The translations under genes were made by a program, and so were the position numbers. Shown here in pieces: positions 1 through 12,382 of a DNA stretch of 64,000 nt (the first letter of the stretch is position 1; every line of letters begins with the position of its first letter). The notes below the pieces were generated by a model that saw nothing but the letters and a program-made list of their open reading frames with translations, ran no database searches and was not told where the DNA came from. Source of the stretch: Podarcis pityusensis (taxonomy: Eukaryota); the NCBI GenBank assembly GCA_964106645.2, contig OZ067038.1. The stretch is one strand, 5' to 3'.

Positions 1-545
1 AAGATGGCGATTGCCACGGCCTCACAGAGCTGCTAGGGACCACCAACAACAATTACATGGTTTGGCTGGTCCCCACGCCACCGACACCACCACCACCGTT
101 GCAAATGGGGGAGAGCCAGGGGAGCCCAATGTGAGAGCCAAAGAGGCCACTTGGAGCCCCCTGTTCCCCAGCAACCTCTGCCCCGGATTGCCCTGACAGC
201 AGCCAAACAGAGCCCGGAGGCCTGGGGAGCTGAGCAAAGAAACTCACCCCTCTCCGGAGCTGAGGAAAGAATGCAGCGGTGCCCCCCATCTGAGCATCCC
301 TCCACGGCCACCACTGCCATTGCCGCCACCACAGGAGGAAGGCAGGAAGGGACTGGGAGACCCAAGGAGGCCATTCGCAGCCTCATGGGTGGCTGGAAAC
401 GGGAGCAGGCCAGGGAGCCGCATGCCGGGGTCATCCTGGGAGGAAGTGCACACTGCGCGAGCCTTTTCCCTTCCAGCGGAGGGGTGCCGGCAGCAGCCAG
501 TGACGGGTACATCAAGCGGCGGTGGTGATGATCTCAGGGAGTGGG

Positions 546-1020
546 CTTGGGCTACCCAATTCAGCTCTTCCCTTGTTATCATTAGACTTAAATTTAAACA
601 ATAACTTTAAATGCAGGGACTTAGTATTTTTTCTATTATCAGCAGCCCAATTAACAGTAGTCGGATACTGGAAACAACCTATAGAAATTCCTATTGCAAT
701 CTGGGTAAATAATATTTGGAATGTGGCTCTATCATGACGCCTTACTCGCCACAGAGGGGTAATTAAAGGCACTTCAAGAATAGACACTTTTGGCGAGACT
801 TGGCTTCCATTCCTTTCGTTTATAAATGAGACAAAAGGTACTTTTATTCCACCCACAATACGAGAATCTCTGTGGAGAGGATGCTTGAATTGATAATGCA
901 TAAATAAACATATTGCTTGCGTACTGTGTTCTACATATGAAACTTAATAAGAATGTACCACTGGACAAGTTACTGTAGTTATATGTTGTTCTTGTATTTA
1001 CATGAAAACCAATAAAAATT
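546..1020 (+). mobile_element. L1 LINE 3' fragment (ORF2 C-terminus and 3' UTR)
   Basis: Translation ...LLSAAQLTVVGYWKQP...W...IWNVALS*...FGETWLPFLSFI resembles the L1 ORF2 C-terminus; ends near AATAAA. Confidence 0.6.
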
Positions 1021-1089
1021 ATTTGGACCCCCCAAAAAGTGGCATTTGTTTTGATTCGCCCCAAACAACACTAAAATCAAGGGTGGGAG

Positions 1090-1495
1090 TCAAGAGGGTG
1101 ATCAAGATGTTCAAGGGTGTGGAAATCAAGCCTTATGAGGAACAGTTGAAGGAGCTGGATATGTTTAGCCTGGAAAAGAGGAAAGAGCCTTGAGAGGAAA
1201 TATAATAGCCATCTTCAGATATCTCAAGAGCTGTCACATGGAAAGTGGAGAAAGCTTGCTTCCTCCTGCTCCAGAGGGTAGGACCCGAACCAATGGCATC
1301 TAGTTACAAGAAGGAGAGTCTGACTAAACATCAGGAAGAGATGTTTGACAGTGAAACAGACTCCCCGGAGAGGTCCTGGACATTCCTTCCTTAGAGGTTT
1401 TTAAACAGAGGGTGGATTGTTAGAGCTAGTTTAGATTCCTGCATTGCAGGGGGTTAGGCTAGATGACCATCAGGGTCCCTTATGACTCTGATTCC
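1090..1495 (+). mobile_element. CR1 LINE 3' fragment, degraded
   Basis: KMFKGVEIKPYEEQLKELDMFSLEKR is a typical CR1 ORF2 end; CR1 3' tail GGGGGTTaGgCTAGATGACC...GGTCCCTT follows. Confidence 0.8.
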
Positions 1496-2100
1496 ACTAT
1501 AACTAGTAAGTCCCATCAGTGAAATTGTGCAAGAGCTTGTGCAAGGTATCTTCCCTTATCCCCCCCCATATGCCCCCAAAATTGCCTTGGAAAGAGGTTC
1601 AGGAGAACCCTTGTAGCAGCGTGCAGCTGGGGGATTGCTTGCCCCAGTAGAATGGTTGCCTTGGAGTGGTGTTCAATGCATCCTCTAGAGCACACATGAA
1701 TGACACGGGCTGATGTTAAGTGGGGCCAAAATGGATCAGGCATATTAGTCTAGACAGGGAAGTTGTAAACTGTGTTCCAGAAAAATGACTTCTGATTCTG
1801 TTAGCTTGTTGTAAGCTCCTTTATCTTACAAGAGGCTTGTAACTTATTGTATTAATATTTTAAAATACAACAGTGTTTGAGTGTATTATTGTCTTGATTG
1901 AAGTCCCCAACCATGCCCAAGAGAAGAGTGACGGAAAACATGGATCAAATATCGAGTCTCCTAAGCTATTCAGAAGAAATGTATTGACTGGAGTGTTGGA
2001 AAATGTTAATTTGCATGTACAAGCATGTCATACTGCTAGACACTGGCAAGATCTCCAGAAATAGATTTCTGGATTTAGATGATGGCTTATAAAAATGCCT

Positions 2101-2232
2101 AGTACTACTTTTCTATAAAAAGAGGGGCCGGAACTCACCATGAAGATCTCCCTTGTTCTCTTATAATGGCAATGGCACCCGCCTGAGAGGGGACTGGCGA
2201 GTTCTGGTGAGCTCCGAATGAAAAAAGCCCTG
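2101..2232. mobile_element. Short non-autonomous hAT-like DNA element; a second copy in opposite orientation lies at ~41658-41789
   Basis: Ends in AAAAAGCCCTG; internal sequence is the reverse complement of the 41.7-kb copy. Confidence 0.55.
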
Positions 2233-2267
2233 CATATGCCGAACACACTTCTGCTTTTCTTGACTCA

Positions 2268-2382
2268 TTTCCCCAGGGAAAACCCACACTTTACCACTGA
2301 ATCGGAGCAAACATCAGTTGGGTTTTCCATGGACTGATGTTTGCTCAGATTTAGCAGTAAAGAGCGAGTTTTCCTGGGGAAA
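2268..2382. repeat. Long imperfect inverted repeat (hairpin), probably a palindromic MITE
   Basis: TTTCCCCAGG-GAAAAC..TTTAC..GAGCAAACATCAGT pairs with ACTGATGTTTGCTC..GTAAA..GTTTT-CCTGGGGAAA. Confidence 0.7.
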
Positions 2383-2703
2383 GCAGCAGGGAAAACAGCT
2401 CAGACCCCTGCTTTCTAGGCACGGGACCAGCAGAGGTGTGGATGAGCCTGAAAGGCAGTGCTGTTGAGCTTGCTCAGATAAAAGAATGAAAGCAAGGAAC
2501 TGAATCAGCAAAGATGTTTACAAAGGATTTCCTGGAATAGAAGTCACGAAACCTCCTTTCCTGTTTCCAGAAATGGCTCCATAATCCCCCCCTGTCATTA
2601 TAGTGTCAACATGGTCAAATAAATCCCTCTTTACGTAGAAGAAATAAGACTAAGATACTTCCAGATTAGCGAGTGATCTTGGAAAGTAAAAGTCCAGTAA
2701 GTA

Positions 2704-2728
2704 AGTGTGTGTGTGTGTGTGTGTGTGT
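2704..2728. repeat. (GT)n microsatellite
   Basis: Seen directly. Confidence 0.95.
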
Positions 2729-3215
2729 CGCTTGAAGGCGCTCAGAGGAGGTGGAAGGAGTAGACTAGGAGAGCAGCAAGCTCTTATATGCAATGACTTT
2801 CATCTTCAGTAAAGAGCAAAATCACTTTTCTCACTTCTTTAAAGAGGACTTGGTCCTCTGTGACAAGCAGTGGTTTTAGATGGGAACTATAACGGCATGT
2901 GACTGGACATAATCCTCTTAGTGTTGTTACATTCCAGCTCTCCACATGGGTTTAGTATAAGCTGGTAGCCTTTCAGATTCAGAGGATAGGTTTGAGATGT
3001 TAGCAAGTGATGGTGTCAGTTTTGCTGGTTAAGGGTAATGCTTGACTGTTAATCCTGCAGCTCAGTGGATCCTGGATCTTCCATTTATGTGGGACTGAGG
3101 CTTAGAATTTCAGTGATATAAATTTTTATTTCCTGCAAGTATACCCTAATAACAGAGTAACTGAAAATGTGTGTGGTGGGTGTTATTCAAGTCTATCTTT
3201 CTCACATATACTCTA

Positions 3216-3365
3216 CCGTATTATTCTGTGTATAAGACTAGGTTTTCCCCCTAAAAAATAATGTCAAAAATTAGGGGGCGTCTTATACACGGGGCCATCT
3301 CCCCCCCATTTTCTTAAATCTGAGTCCCCAAAAACAGGGGGCATCTTATACATGGAAAAATACAG
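3216..3365. mobile_element. Tc1/mariner (pogo/Tc2-like) MITE
   Basis: TA-CCGTATT...TATAAGAC at the left end; TCTTATA...AAAAATACAG at the right end. Confidence 0.65.
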
Positions 3366-3562
3366 CAGTACTCTGTGTAGGAAACTTTATGTACCTTTAT
3401 GAGAACTAAGCCCTGAGTTAACTATTTTGGGGGTTCCTTTTGTCTGTATGTGAATGAAAGGGGTTCAGCAGCTAGAATAAGCAGCCACAAAGTTTTGGGA
3501 ACCTTGCCTTATATACAAAAGTGCTTCCATTTCATAGTGTGTGGATTTTTCTCTCTCTAGAG

Positions 3563-3746
3563 CAGGGGTAGTCAACCTTTTTATACCTAACGCCTACTAA
3601 GGCATCTTTCTTGATGGTAGTTTCCTTACCGCCCCCCAGTGCTCGATGGAAGGAGGATTCAGCTTGTGCCGTAGAACCCCCTACCACCCACCTAGAATCC
3701 TGAAACGCCCACCAGTGGGCGGGAGGAACCAGGTGGACAACCCCTG
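3563..3746. mobile_element. hAT MITE
   Basis: TIRs CAGGGGTAGTCAACC / GGTGGACAACCCCTG; 8-bp TSD CTCTAGAG / GTCTAAAG. Confidence 0.8.
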
Positions 3747-4195
3747 GTCTAAAGAATAGAAGACAGAAGTTTGTGCAAAATTGTAGACATACTGACCGAA
3801 GGTAACCTTCAATATACTTTCATGTTCCAAGCCACAAGACTGAAAAACTGAAAGAGAAATCTGTCCCCATGTTGCTTTCACTTCTAGGTTTGCATCTCAG
3901 TTTGATTCCTGTAATGACTTGGGGAAAGTACCACTGTGCTGCTATGTAATTGATTTCCACTGAAACAACAACCTGTTCCTCATTTAACATTTATTCTTTT
4001 CATAACAAAATGAATGCATATAATTTTCTTTTTCTGATTTCTGACTGTTGGAATCTTGCAACGAACAGCTGCAACTTGATTTAAGTACATTTAATAAACA
4101 TTTTGAAAATCCAGTTTCACGGCAGTTTTCAGTGTGCAAAGTACTTTATTTCTTGTTGATCCCCACAACAATCCCCACAAACGAAAAAACCTGTT

Positions 4196-4325
4196 GGATC
4201 TCTTGGTTGGTTAGAACGTGGTCCTGATAACACCAAAATCTCAGATTTGATCCCCATATTCCTGCATTGCAGCGGGTTGGACTAGATGATTCTCAGGGTC
4301 CCTTTCAATCCTGTGATTTATGGTT
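4196..4325 (+). mobile_element. tRNA-derived SINE with CR1-type 3' tail, degraded
   Basis: tRNA-like head (TTGGTTAGAaCGTGGT..GATAAC..TTtGATCCCC) plus CR1 tail CCTGCATTGCAG.GGGTTGGACTAGATGA. Confidence 0.6.
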
Positions 4326-5970
4326 TTGAACTTCAGTGGTTAATACACTGTATGTCTGTGACTCAGATAATTATATTTGTTGAACTTCACAAGGCCAGTG
4401 AAGTGAGAGGCAGCCAAAAGCAGGATTGCAGGCAGAAATTTCAACAATATTAATTTTAAAATGCTCTCAATAAAACATATATTGCACATATCTAAGTAAG
4501 AAGGTGGGTTACTACATTTTTCAAAATGGCTCCTGACTGCTTTCTTTTATTCTACAACATCACAGTCTTTCCCTTTCCCTATTGAGAAGATGGTTTCAGG
4601 GAGATAATGACATTGGAAAATAAAGTAACCCAAGGACTTGTTAGAGAACTGTGAAAGGCTTTGACACTTGGGTAAATCAGTCACATCTTAAGCGAACATG
4701 AACTTTTTCTTTGAGCCACAGCACAGTACACCAACACAAGGGAAAGAGAACCTAGACCCCAATTATTTAGCCTACGTTCTTTGAAAGAAATCCAAATTTG
4801 GTGTCCCAATTATTGAAGGAACTGTATTCAGTGCTGATGGTGACCTTGCGAGGAGAATGCTACAAAAACTAAGCTTCACGGCACAATGAAGCTGCTCTGC
4901 TGGACTGTCACATCCCACAGTACAAAAGAAGCCAATCTCTTAGTGAGAGAGGAACAGAACATTTGGAGAACAATTATGTACGGTCTGTTGGCATGATGTG
5001 TATTTAAGCCTTTGGTTTTGTGTTTAATTTGGCTTCCGTTTTACATGTAGTACTCTCCTTTATGCATGCATTTGAAATCTTAAGCTCACGGAACAAAAGT
5101 TCTAGAAATTTTGCAGGATAGATATTGGGGATGACTGAGAACTTGGTGTTGTCCATTTCTCCTGGGCAGAAAGGCTGGAGACACAGGGCCATCCCACCCA
5201 TCAGGTGGGGTGAAGCAGCTGCCTCAGGTGGCAGAAACGCAAGAGGCAGTGCCCCCACAGGCATCCTGCCCCAGTGCCACCACCGAAGCAAACCAGGCGA
5301 GGGAGGCTTTGGCAGCCGTGTAGAGTTCTGCCACCCAGAAATGCGGCGGGCGGTGATTTGAGGTTTGCAAAGCTAATCTGTTAAGCTCTTGGATTTTGTA
5401 ATGCTTTTGCCACAATACCTGTAGCCTTAAAGTCTAGAAATGACTGCATAGGTTGTGATAGGATTAAGGCAGTTGATAACATACATAAATATTTTTCTCA
5501 CACTCATTTGAGAGCTTTCTGTGTTGTATATTGATGCTCAGCTGAGCCTGTTGTAAAGCAGAGGTGGGGAACTGCCTGGCCAGCGGGCCAGATCCCTGAG
5601 TCCCCTCTCCTCCATAAGCCAGCTTGGATGGGGGGGGGGGGGCTGGTGTCATGGGATGGACGCCTGTGAAAGTTCAGTAAAGGCGTTGGAGTCCAGCCCT
5701 TTATCTTATTCTGATTCCAGACTGCTCCACAACTGCAGTTTTCTTAAAGTTGTATATTTTCCCCAGTGCTACTCCTGTTGAGCTGTATTATTATATCCAA
5801 AATAGTGTCATTCAGCTAAGATTACAGACTGAAGAAGGGAATTCAAATGCACCCAATTGGTATATGACACAAGAAAGTCATTCAGTTTTTGTTTTATTTC
5901 TTACAGTGTTCTTACAACATTTCTTTTTATGTTGTGAACCACCCTGTGATCTTTGAAGGGCAGTATACAA

Positions 5971-6003
5971 ATTTAATTAATTAATTAATTAATTAATTAA
6001 TAA
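5971..6003. repeat. (TTAA)n microsatellite
   Basis: Seen directly. Confidence 0.9.
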
Positions 6004-7649
6004 TACAATCTGATGTGTTGCCAATTTGGTTTTCCTTTTTTTTTTTTTAAGAATATTTATTCCAATTTTTAAGTTACAAAAAATGAAGAAAAAACAAACC
6101 ATACACATGTTACAAAAAACAGACAATAAAAAAGAAAAAAGAAAAAACAAAGAATCACAATAAAGAATAACAAAAATCAAATTAGACCTTTACAACCTTC
6201 TTCCCTTTTACTTATTTCCATGACTTCCTCTCACCTCCCTGCTTTGTATTCTAGTTTAAATCGTATCTCCAGCAAATCCTTCTAACCTTATTTTCTTTTA
6301 CTTATTTTAACATTCGAAAGTATTTAATTCTCCTCTATCCTCATTTTACACTTCATTTTTACTTATTCCATTATACCATGTCTGCCAGCCAATTTGGTTT
6401 TCCTAATAACTGCTACTTGTGAAATTGTGAGGGGAGTGGTCCTACGGCTGTGGATCTCAAGCATTTTTCAGAGGCCTTATTTTATTTTATTTTATATACC
6501 ATCCTATACCTGCAGGCCTCAGGGTGGTTTACAAGATAAAATTACAATAGAAAAACACAAAGCGCATAATCAAAATAAAAACAAAATAAAAATATAAACA
6601 AAATATAATCAGGAACAGCCTCCCCCGCAACACACATAGTTAAAAACAATTTTAAACAATTTTAAAAACACAATTAAAAAGCAGGTCTTCCTTCCTTGCT
6701 GGGCAAGGAAGTCCGTAGTCTGTCAGGCCCTAGGACTTAAAATTTTCTTATCTCTCTTCTGGACCCAGTAGTCAGGGAAATTAGACTCCTTTTATTCCTA
6801 GCAACATTTTTGTCCCCAACAAAGACAATTTGGGACTGGAAGACACTGTTCAAGATTTTTTGTCTTTCAGTCTTCCTGCCTCACCCCATCAGCCTTAAAC
6901 AGTGGAGACTTATTAGAAGTCTTACTTCTTGCTTCTGTCCTCTTGACATTTTGTTAATGCTGCCGTGCTTTGTCAGTATCCCAAAAAAAGGTTTTGAACG
7001 ATATTTTAGAAACTTGTCCTTCCATAAGAATGGTTTGCATATGTACTTAACAGGAATAATTTTGTATATCACTCTCAAAAGTATGAGCATGCTGAAACTT
7101 GTTATCTAATATGGGCCAGTATTTTTGCTTCCAGTGGAGACCCCCACTTAGTAGTTTCTTTTGTGATTTTTTGGTGCCTCCTAGTGGAGAAATTACACAG
7201 ATCAATGCTATTTGAAGTTAAAAGGAGTAATTGCACAAGTGCCTGCGAAGGAAACTACTTCTATGTGGGACTGCTGTTTGCCAACACAAAGTTCTTGTTT
7301 CTGTGCCAGGCAACGGCACCTTTCTATGTTCTGTCGCCATCTTCTTTCCTCAAATGATTGAGCTCCAATTACAGCTTCTATGTTTCAGTTTCCTTTAGGG
7401 TTGCCATACGTCTGGGAATTCCCGGATGTGTCCTCTTTTGTGGGTCCTACATGCCTGTTGTGGGGGGGATTTTACATTTGGAAGCAATTGTCCTGGATTT
7501 GGGGGTTTTTTATGTGGGTGGGTGGCTCTGGTTGGTTCAGGCTCTGGCTCTGGCACAGGCAGCTTGGGCTTGGACTCTGGCTTGGGCTCGGCAGTGGGGC
7601 TATTGGGTCGACTGCCCTAAAAAAGCTTGCCGCTTCCACTTCCTGGGTA

Positions 7650-9870
7650 TAATAATTCATGCAGCTTTCAATAAATTTGTGAGCAAGTCCTTCATAGCCT
7701 GCGAACCTTCCTATAAATTGATAATAATGCTACTTCTGGATCTTCAGTCAGCTTTAACCCAGTGATTTCTGTTACTTCCTTAAACACCCTTTGCCCCCCA
7801 AATTGTAATTATTTACACCCCCACCACATGTGAACATAATTCCCTGTTTCCTGGCATCAGACCATCTCCAAATTAATTTATAATAATTTTCTTTTATCGA
7901 CTGGACCTAATGGTCAGGGGTCCCTTTACCTTTTTATTCTTATAGACGTTTTCAACGTACGTTTCTCCCATATTTCCCCCCCAGCTTTGACTATCTATTT
8001 GCCATGATGTCTCCTTTTCCCACACCTCTTTTAAGTGATCTTCTTGATCCTCCATTTCTAGCAATATTTTATAAATTTCACTGGTTTCCCCTTTTATAGC
8101 TGTATTTTCTTTTTTAATCTCCCCTTTTAATAATAATTTTTTTACAAATTTTGTATATTCTTTGCAGTTCTTGTTTTCCCTTAACCATTTCTTTGCCCAT
8201 TGCTCCAGTTGTATACAGTTATACCATGTTATTTTACTTCCTATTAGAGCATCTCTTATTTGTTCTTTGCTTCTCATTTTCTCTACCCAATCATTTATTT
8301 TAAGTATTTTCTTCTCTTTCGCTTCTTTCTCAATTTCCTTTTTAAAATTTATCGGGAAGTCTTCTATCATCACCACCAGGGTTAGTGGGGAATTTGCTGG
8401 TATCAATTTTCCTTTATATTTCGCCCATATCTCAATAATATTTTTTAATAAAGGATTTTCAATATTCTGCCACTATTTTCTATTTGGTTTGATAAAAATA
8501 TATATTCACTAACTTCTCCTTCATTTCCTGTGTACCACTCTCTAACCATTCTAACTCTCCCTTGTTCTGTTATCCCATGTATGACATATCTTAACTGATT
8601 TGCTATATAATATAACTTTATGTTAGGGAGCCCCAGTCCACCTAATACTAATACTAATACTAATTCCCCTCATCACTGCTTTTATCCTATATTATTGCTT
8701 GAGTACTTTGGCTCTTCTTATTGATCTCCCATATATCTAATAATTCTTTCCCTATCTTATTTACTGTTATTGAAGATCCTCCTGTCTAACCTCCATCTTC
8801 TGGCTTGCTTGTAATCGTTCTTTATTTTCAATACCATATTAACCAATGTGTGGTCGGTTACCTTTATTATTCCAATTTCCGTATTTGTTATTTTAGAACA
8901 CTACGATTTTTGAAACAAAGATATAATTGATCCTTGAGTAGGTCTTATGCACTGGCGAGAAGAACGAAAATTTATTCTCTCCTCCCCTCATCACTCTCCA
9001 AACATCTTTCATATCTTGCCTTTTCATAATTTTAGCTAATCTTGTAATTGTTATTACATCTTTCCTCTGGAGTAGGATTTGACTTATCCAGTCATTTATC
9101 TAATACCATATTGAAATCTCCTGCCATAACCATATAACCCTTTTGAATACCCTCCATTTCCTTAAACACTTCATCAAAAAATTCCCTCTGATTTTCATTG
9201 GGAGCATAAATATTAATTATAGTGTATTCTTCCCCCGCCATTGTTCCCTGAATTATAATGTATCTTTCCTCAGGATCTTTCTTCATCTTTAATATACTAA
9301 ACCTGCATCTCTTTGAAATTATAGTTGCTATCCCTCTTGATTTTGAAGTACCATATGCTTTTTCATAATTATTTATACCTCTCAGTCTGAGTTCATTAAC
9401 AGCCTCTTTCATCTGATGCGTTTCCTGTAAAAATATTATAACTTCTTTATCTTTATTCAGTAATGTTTTTATCCTCCTTTTCATAATCGACCCCAGCCCT
9501 CTAATGTTTCAGGTTGAAATCCTTATTTCATTATCAATGAGTTAAATGTACTTCTTAATTTCTGGTCTCGTGTCTTATGATACTTATAGAACCCATTACC
9601 CATCCCATTCAATCCCCTCCCCATCCCTCCCACCCCTCCCATACCCATACATTCCATTTTGTCTTCCCCCCTATTTTCCTGAGCTATTTCACCTCTCCCA
9701 TTGTCCTAATTGTTGTTGTGGGGGGGGCGGGGGGGGGGGGCTCCTCTGATCACGGAGCCACAGCAGAACTTCTTCTCCCATTATGTTTGTTATGTCTTCA
9801 CTCTGATATAATTTCGTTCAGCCTTTACTTTCAGTCCTCAATAGTCATTTTTTGTCTCCTGCCACCCCCA
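7650..9870 (-). mobile_element. L1 LINE with endonuclease and ORF2 C-terminal region; RT domain deleted
   Basis: ORF 9092-9484 has APE motifs FLQETH, INIYAPN and GDFN; EN end WRL..IF (~8790) runs directly into post-RT GLGLPNIKLYY (~8640); ORF 7894-8406 is ORF2 C-terminal region. Confidence 0.85.
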
Positions 9871-10011
9871 GTTCCATGAAAACAGGATGCTGGATTAAAT
9901 GGACCACTGGCCTTATGTTTCTGTGTACAGGATGTTTCTGAAAAGGGCCCCTTATAGACAGCCAAACCAGCAGTATTAGTATGGTGCTCACAAGGATGTT
10001 CACTGTCTTCT

Positions 10012-10324
10012 TAGAGGAGGGAGAAAGGTTGTTTTCTGCTGCTCCAGAGAAGCGGACACGGAGCAATGGATCCAAACTACAAGAAAGAAGATTCCACCTA
10101 AACATTAGGAAGAACTTCCTGACAGTAAGAGCTGTTTGACAGTGGAATTTGCTGCCAAGGAGTGTGGTGGAGTCTCCTTCTTTGGAGGTCTTTAAGCAGA
10201 GACTTGACAACCATATGTCAGGAGTGCTCTGATGGTGTTTCCTGCTTGGCAGGGGGTTGGACTCGATGGCCCTTGTGGTCTCTTCCAACTCTATGATTCT
10301 ATGATTCTATGATTCTATGATTCT
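10012..10324 (+). mobile_element. CR1 LINE 3' end, young
   Basis: RTRSNGSKLQERRFHLNIRKNFLTVRAV region, CR1 3' UTR and (ATTCTATG)n tail. Confidence 0.9.
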
Positions 10325-10528
10325 TAATATTACAGGAGATGTTTTCACAACAACATTTCTGAAGTAGGAGGGGAAACAGGAGTTTGTTCTAACGTTCTAA
10401 TTAACACTTGCAGCCAACAAACACGGCTGTGCTGCCATTCCAAAGGAGAGGGTCATCTGTGAAGGCATTTATGTTTTGAAAGTGCTTGGACTTGGATTGA
10501 CTTTAGACACCAGTAACCCACTCAACAA

Positions 10529-10885
10529 GGGATGCAGGTGGCGCTGTGGGTTAAACCACAGAGCCTAGGACTTGCCGATCAGAAGGTTGGCGGTTCGAAT
10601 CCCTGTGACGGGGTGAGCTCCTGTTGCTTGGTCCCTGCTCCTGCCCACCTAGCAGTTCGAAAGCACCTCAGAGTGCAAGAAGATAAGTAGGTATCGCTCC
10701 GGTGGGAAGGTAAATGGCGTTTCCGTGCGCTGCTCTGGTTCGCCAGAAGTGGCTTAGTCATGCTGGCCACATGACCCGGAAGCTGTATGCCGGCTCCCTC
10801 AGCCAGTAAAGCGAGATGAGTGCCGCAACCCCAGAGTCGGTCACGACGGGACCTAATGGTCAGGGGTCTCTTTACCTTTACCTTC
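10529..10885 (+). mobile_element. Sauria SINE, full length
   Basis: tRNA head GGTGGCGCTGTGG..GGTTCGAATCCC; (ACCTTT)n tail; TSD AACCCACTCAAC on both sides. Confidence 0.92.
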
Positions 10886-11483
10886 AACCCACTCAACTAA
10901 CACGGGAACGGCTCATGTATGCCATTAATAGCCAACCTTCTCAGGTCCACCAGCAAAGCAGGTTCCACTTTAAATATATTGCATATGCCTGTCCTTCTCC
11001 TTATATTTATTGGCATTATAAGGCCATACCTTGTTCTTCTCTTTCCAGGATGAGGGGGCAGGGGGTTCCTATGGAAGGCGGCATTCCCATAAGCAGCTTT
11101 TATCAACCCTGTGCAATGTGCTCCACTTCTCAGAGTCCACTCTCTCACTCAATTGTTAAAGGTAGCCCAGCTTCCTTTCTCTGCTATCTGAACATTGTGT
11201 TTTCCATCTCTCTCTTCCTGTTAAAATATACCTCCCTCAAAAACACTGGTGGCACCACTGACCCCATGTGTGGGTCTCACCCATCAGTTCAATTGTTATG
11301 CAAACAATTGATTCCCCAACAGATCAGTTGACTACAGAACTGGGAGATCTGTATGGAAGTTCACAAGTCCCTTGGCTATCAGATTGCTTGTTCATTGACT
11401 AAATGTGACTTGCAAATCATCATGTATGTGTTTTTAAGAGCTCCTGTAAATTGGGAATGAGACTGAGGAAGGATGCTTTAAGA

Positions 11484-11613
11484 CAGGGGTAGACAACATA
11501 GTGCCCACCAGATATTTTGTACCACAGCTCCTGTCATCTCTGACCACGCTAGCTAGGTCTGATGGGAGTTGTAATCCAAAACCTCTGGAGGACTTCATGT
11601 TGGCTACCTCTGC
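11484..11613. mobile_element. Short hAT MITE
   Basis: Termini CAGGGGTAGACAAC / GTTGGCTACCTCTG. Confidence 0.6.
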
Positions 11614-11785
11614 CTTCTGAACCCCAAGAGCAGTACCCAATTTCTTCTGTTCCTCTTCATCTTACATGCCCCACCCCATTTCAGTGTGATTTTGATTTGC
11701 TTTTCTTGCTCATCCTTCCACTTTTACAGCAACACTTTCTGCAGCAAAACAGGCAGCACTTCAGTCAGATAAATAGGGCAAGGAG

Positions 11786-12223
11786 TGTCGGTTGCAAGCC
11801 CCCTGCACAGAGGCTGGCTCCTCTCACTGTCCTCAGAGCTTGCTTACCGGTAACCTCCTCTGGCTGACATCCAGACAGACCAGGGAGATTTTGATAGGCG
11901 ACATTTTCCCAAGAGTGGGTAAAATGCACAACCCCTCTCTCCTGCCTTCGCAGGGGAAAGAAAATAAGTCAGAAATCTATTTACATGATGTTTATTTCTG
12001 ACATTACAGCACTAGAGAAAAACACGTCCTTTCAGTTCAGTTCTTCCAGCACGTCAGGCAAACTTCCTGAACATGCGCACACAGAAGGTTTCAAGTTACA
12101 CTCTTCACAAAGACTTATCCAGCCTGTGAACGTCCTGGGAAATTCTTCTTTCCCACAGATAGGCACATCATGTGATGTCAACAATCTGGCTGTCTGCAGC
12201 GGTGATGTTTCCATATACTGACA
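11786..12223 (-). repeat. 3' LTR (438 bp)
   Basis: Direct repeat of 15189-15627; I count 6 transitions and one 1-bp indel; AATAAA on the - strand at 11991-11996. Confidence 0.96.
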
Positions 12224-12232
12224 TCCTCCCCC
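12224..12232 (-). promoter_or_regulatory. Polypurine tract
   Basis: GGGGGAGGA immediately upstream of the 3' LTR. Confidence 0.9.
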
Positions 12233-12382
12233 ATATGAATCATTGTTAGCTGCGGACAAAGCTTGATCCAGAGAAGAAAACAAACAGTTGTTATACATAT
12301 AACAATCCCCTGTTGTTTCAGTTCCACCCTTGGAACTACCCGCCACTGGTTTCACCAATGTAACTCTCTGGTTGTCTGTTTT

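Noticed and set aside
1-545. Several overlapping ORFs in a GC-rich stretch
   Set aside because: No recognisable protein; the ORFs reflect low stop-codon density, and the stretch is probably repeat-derived since it adjoins an L1 fragment.
10816-11331. 171-aa ORF on the + strand
   Set aside because: Starts inside a Sauria SINE and runs antisense through probable UGT 3' flank; no motifs.
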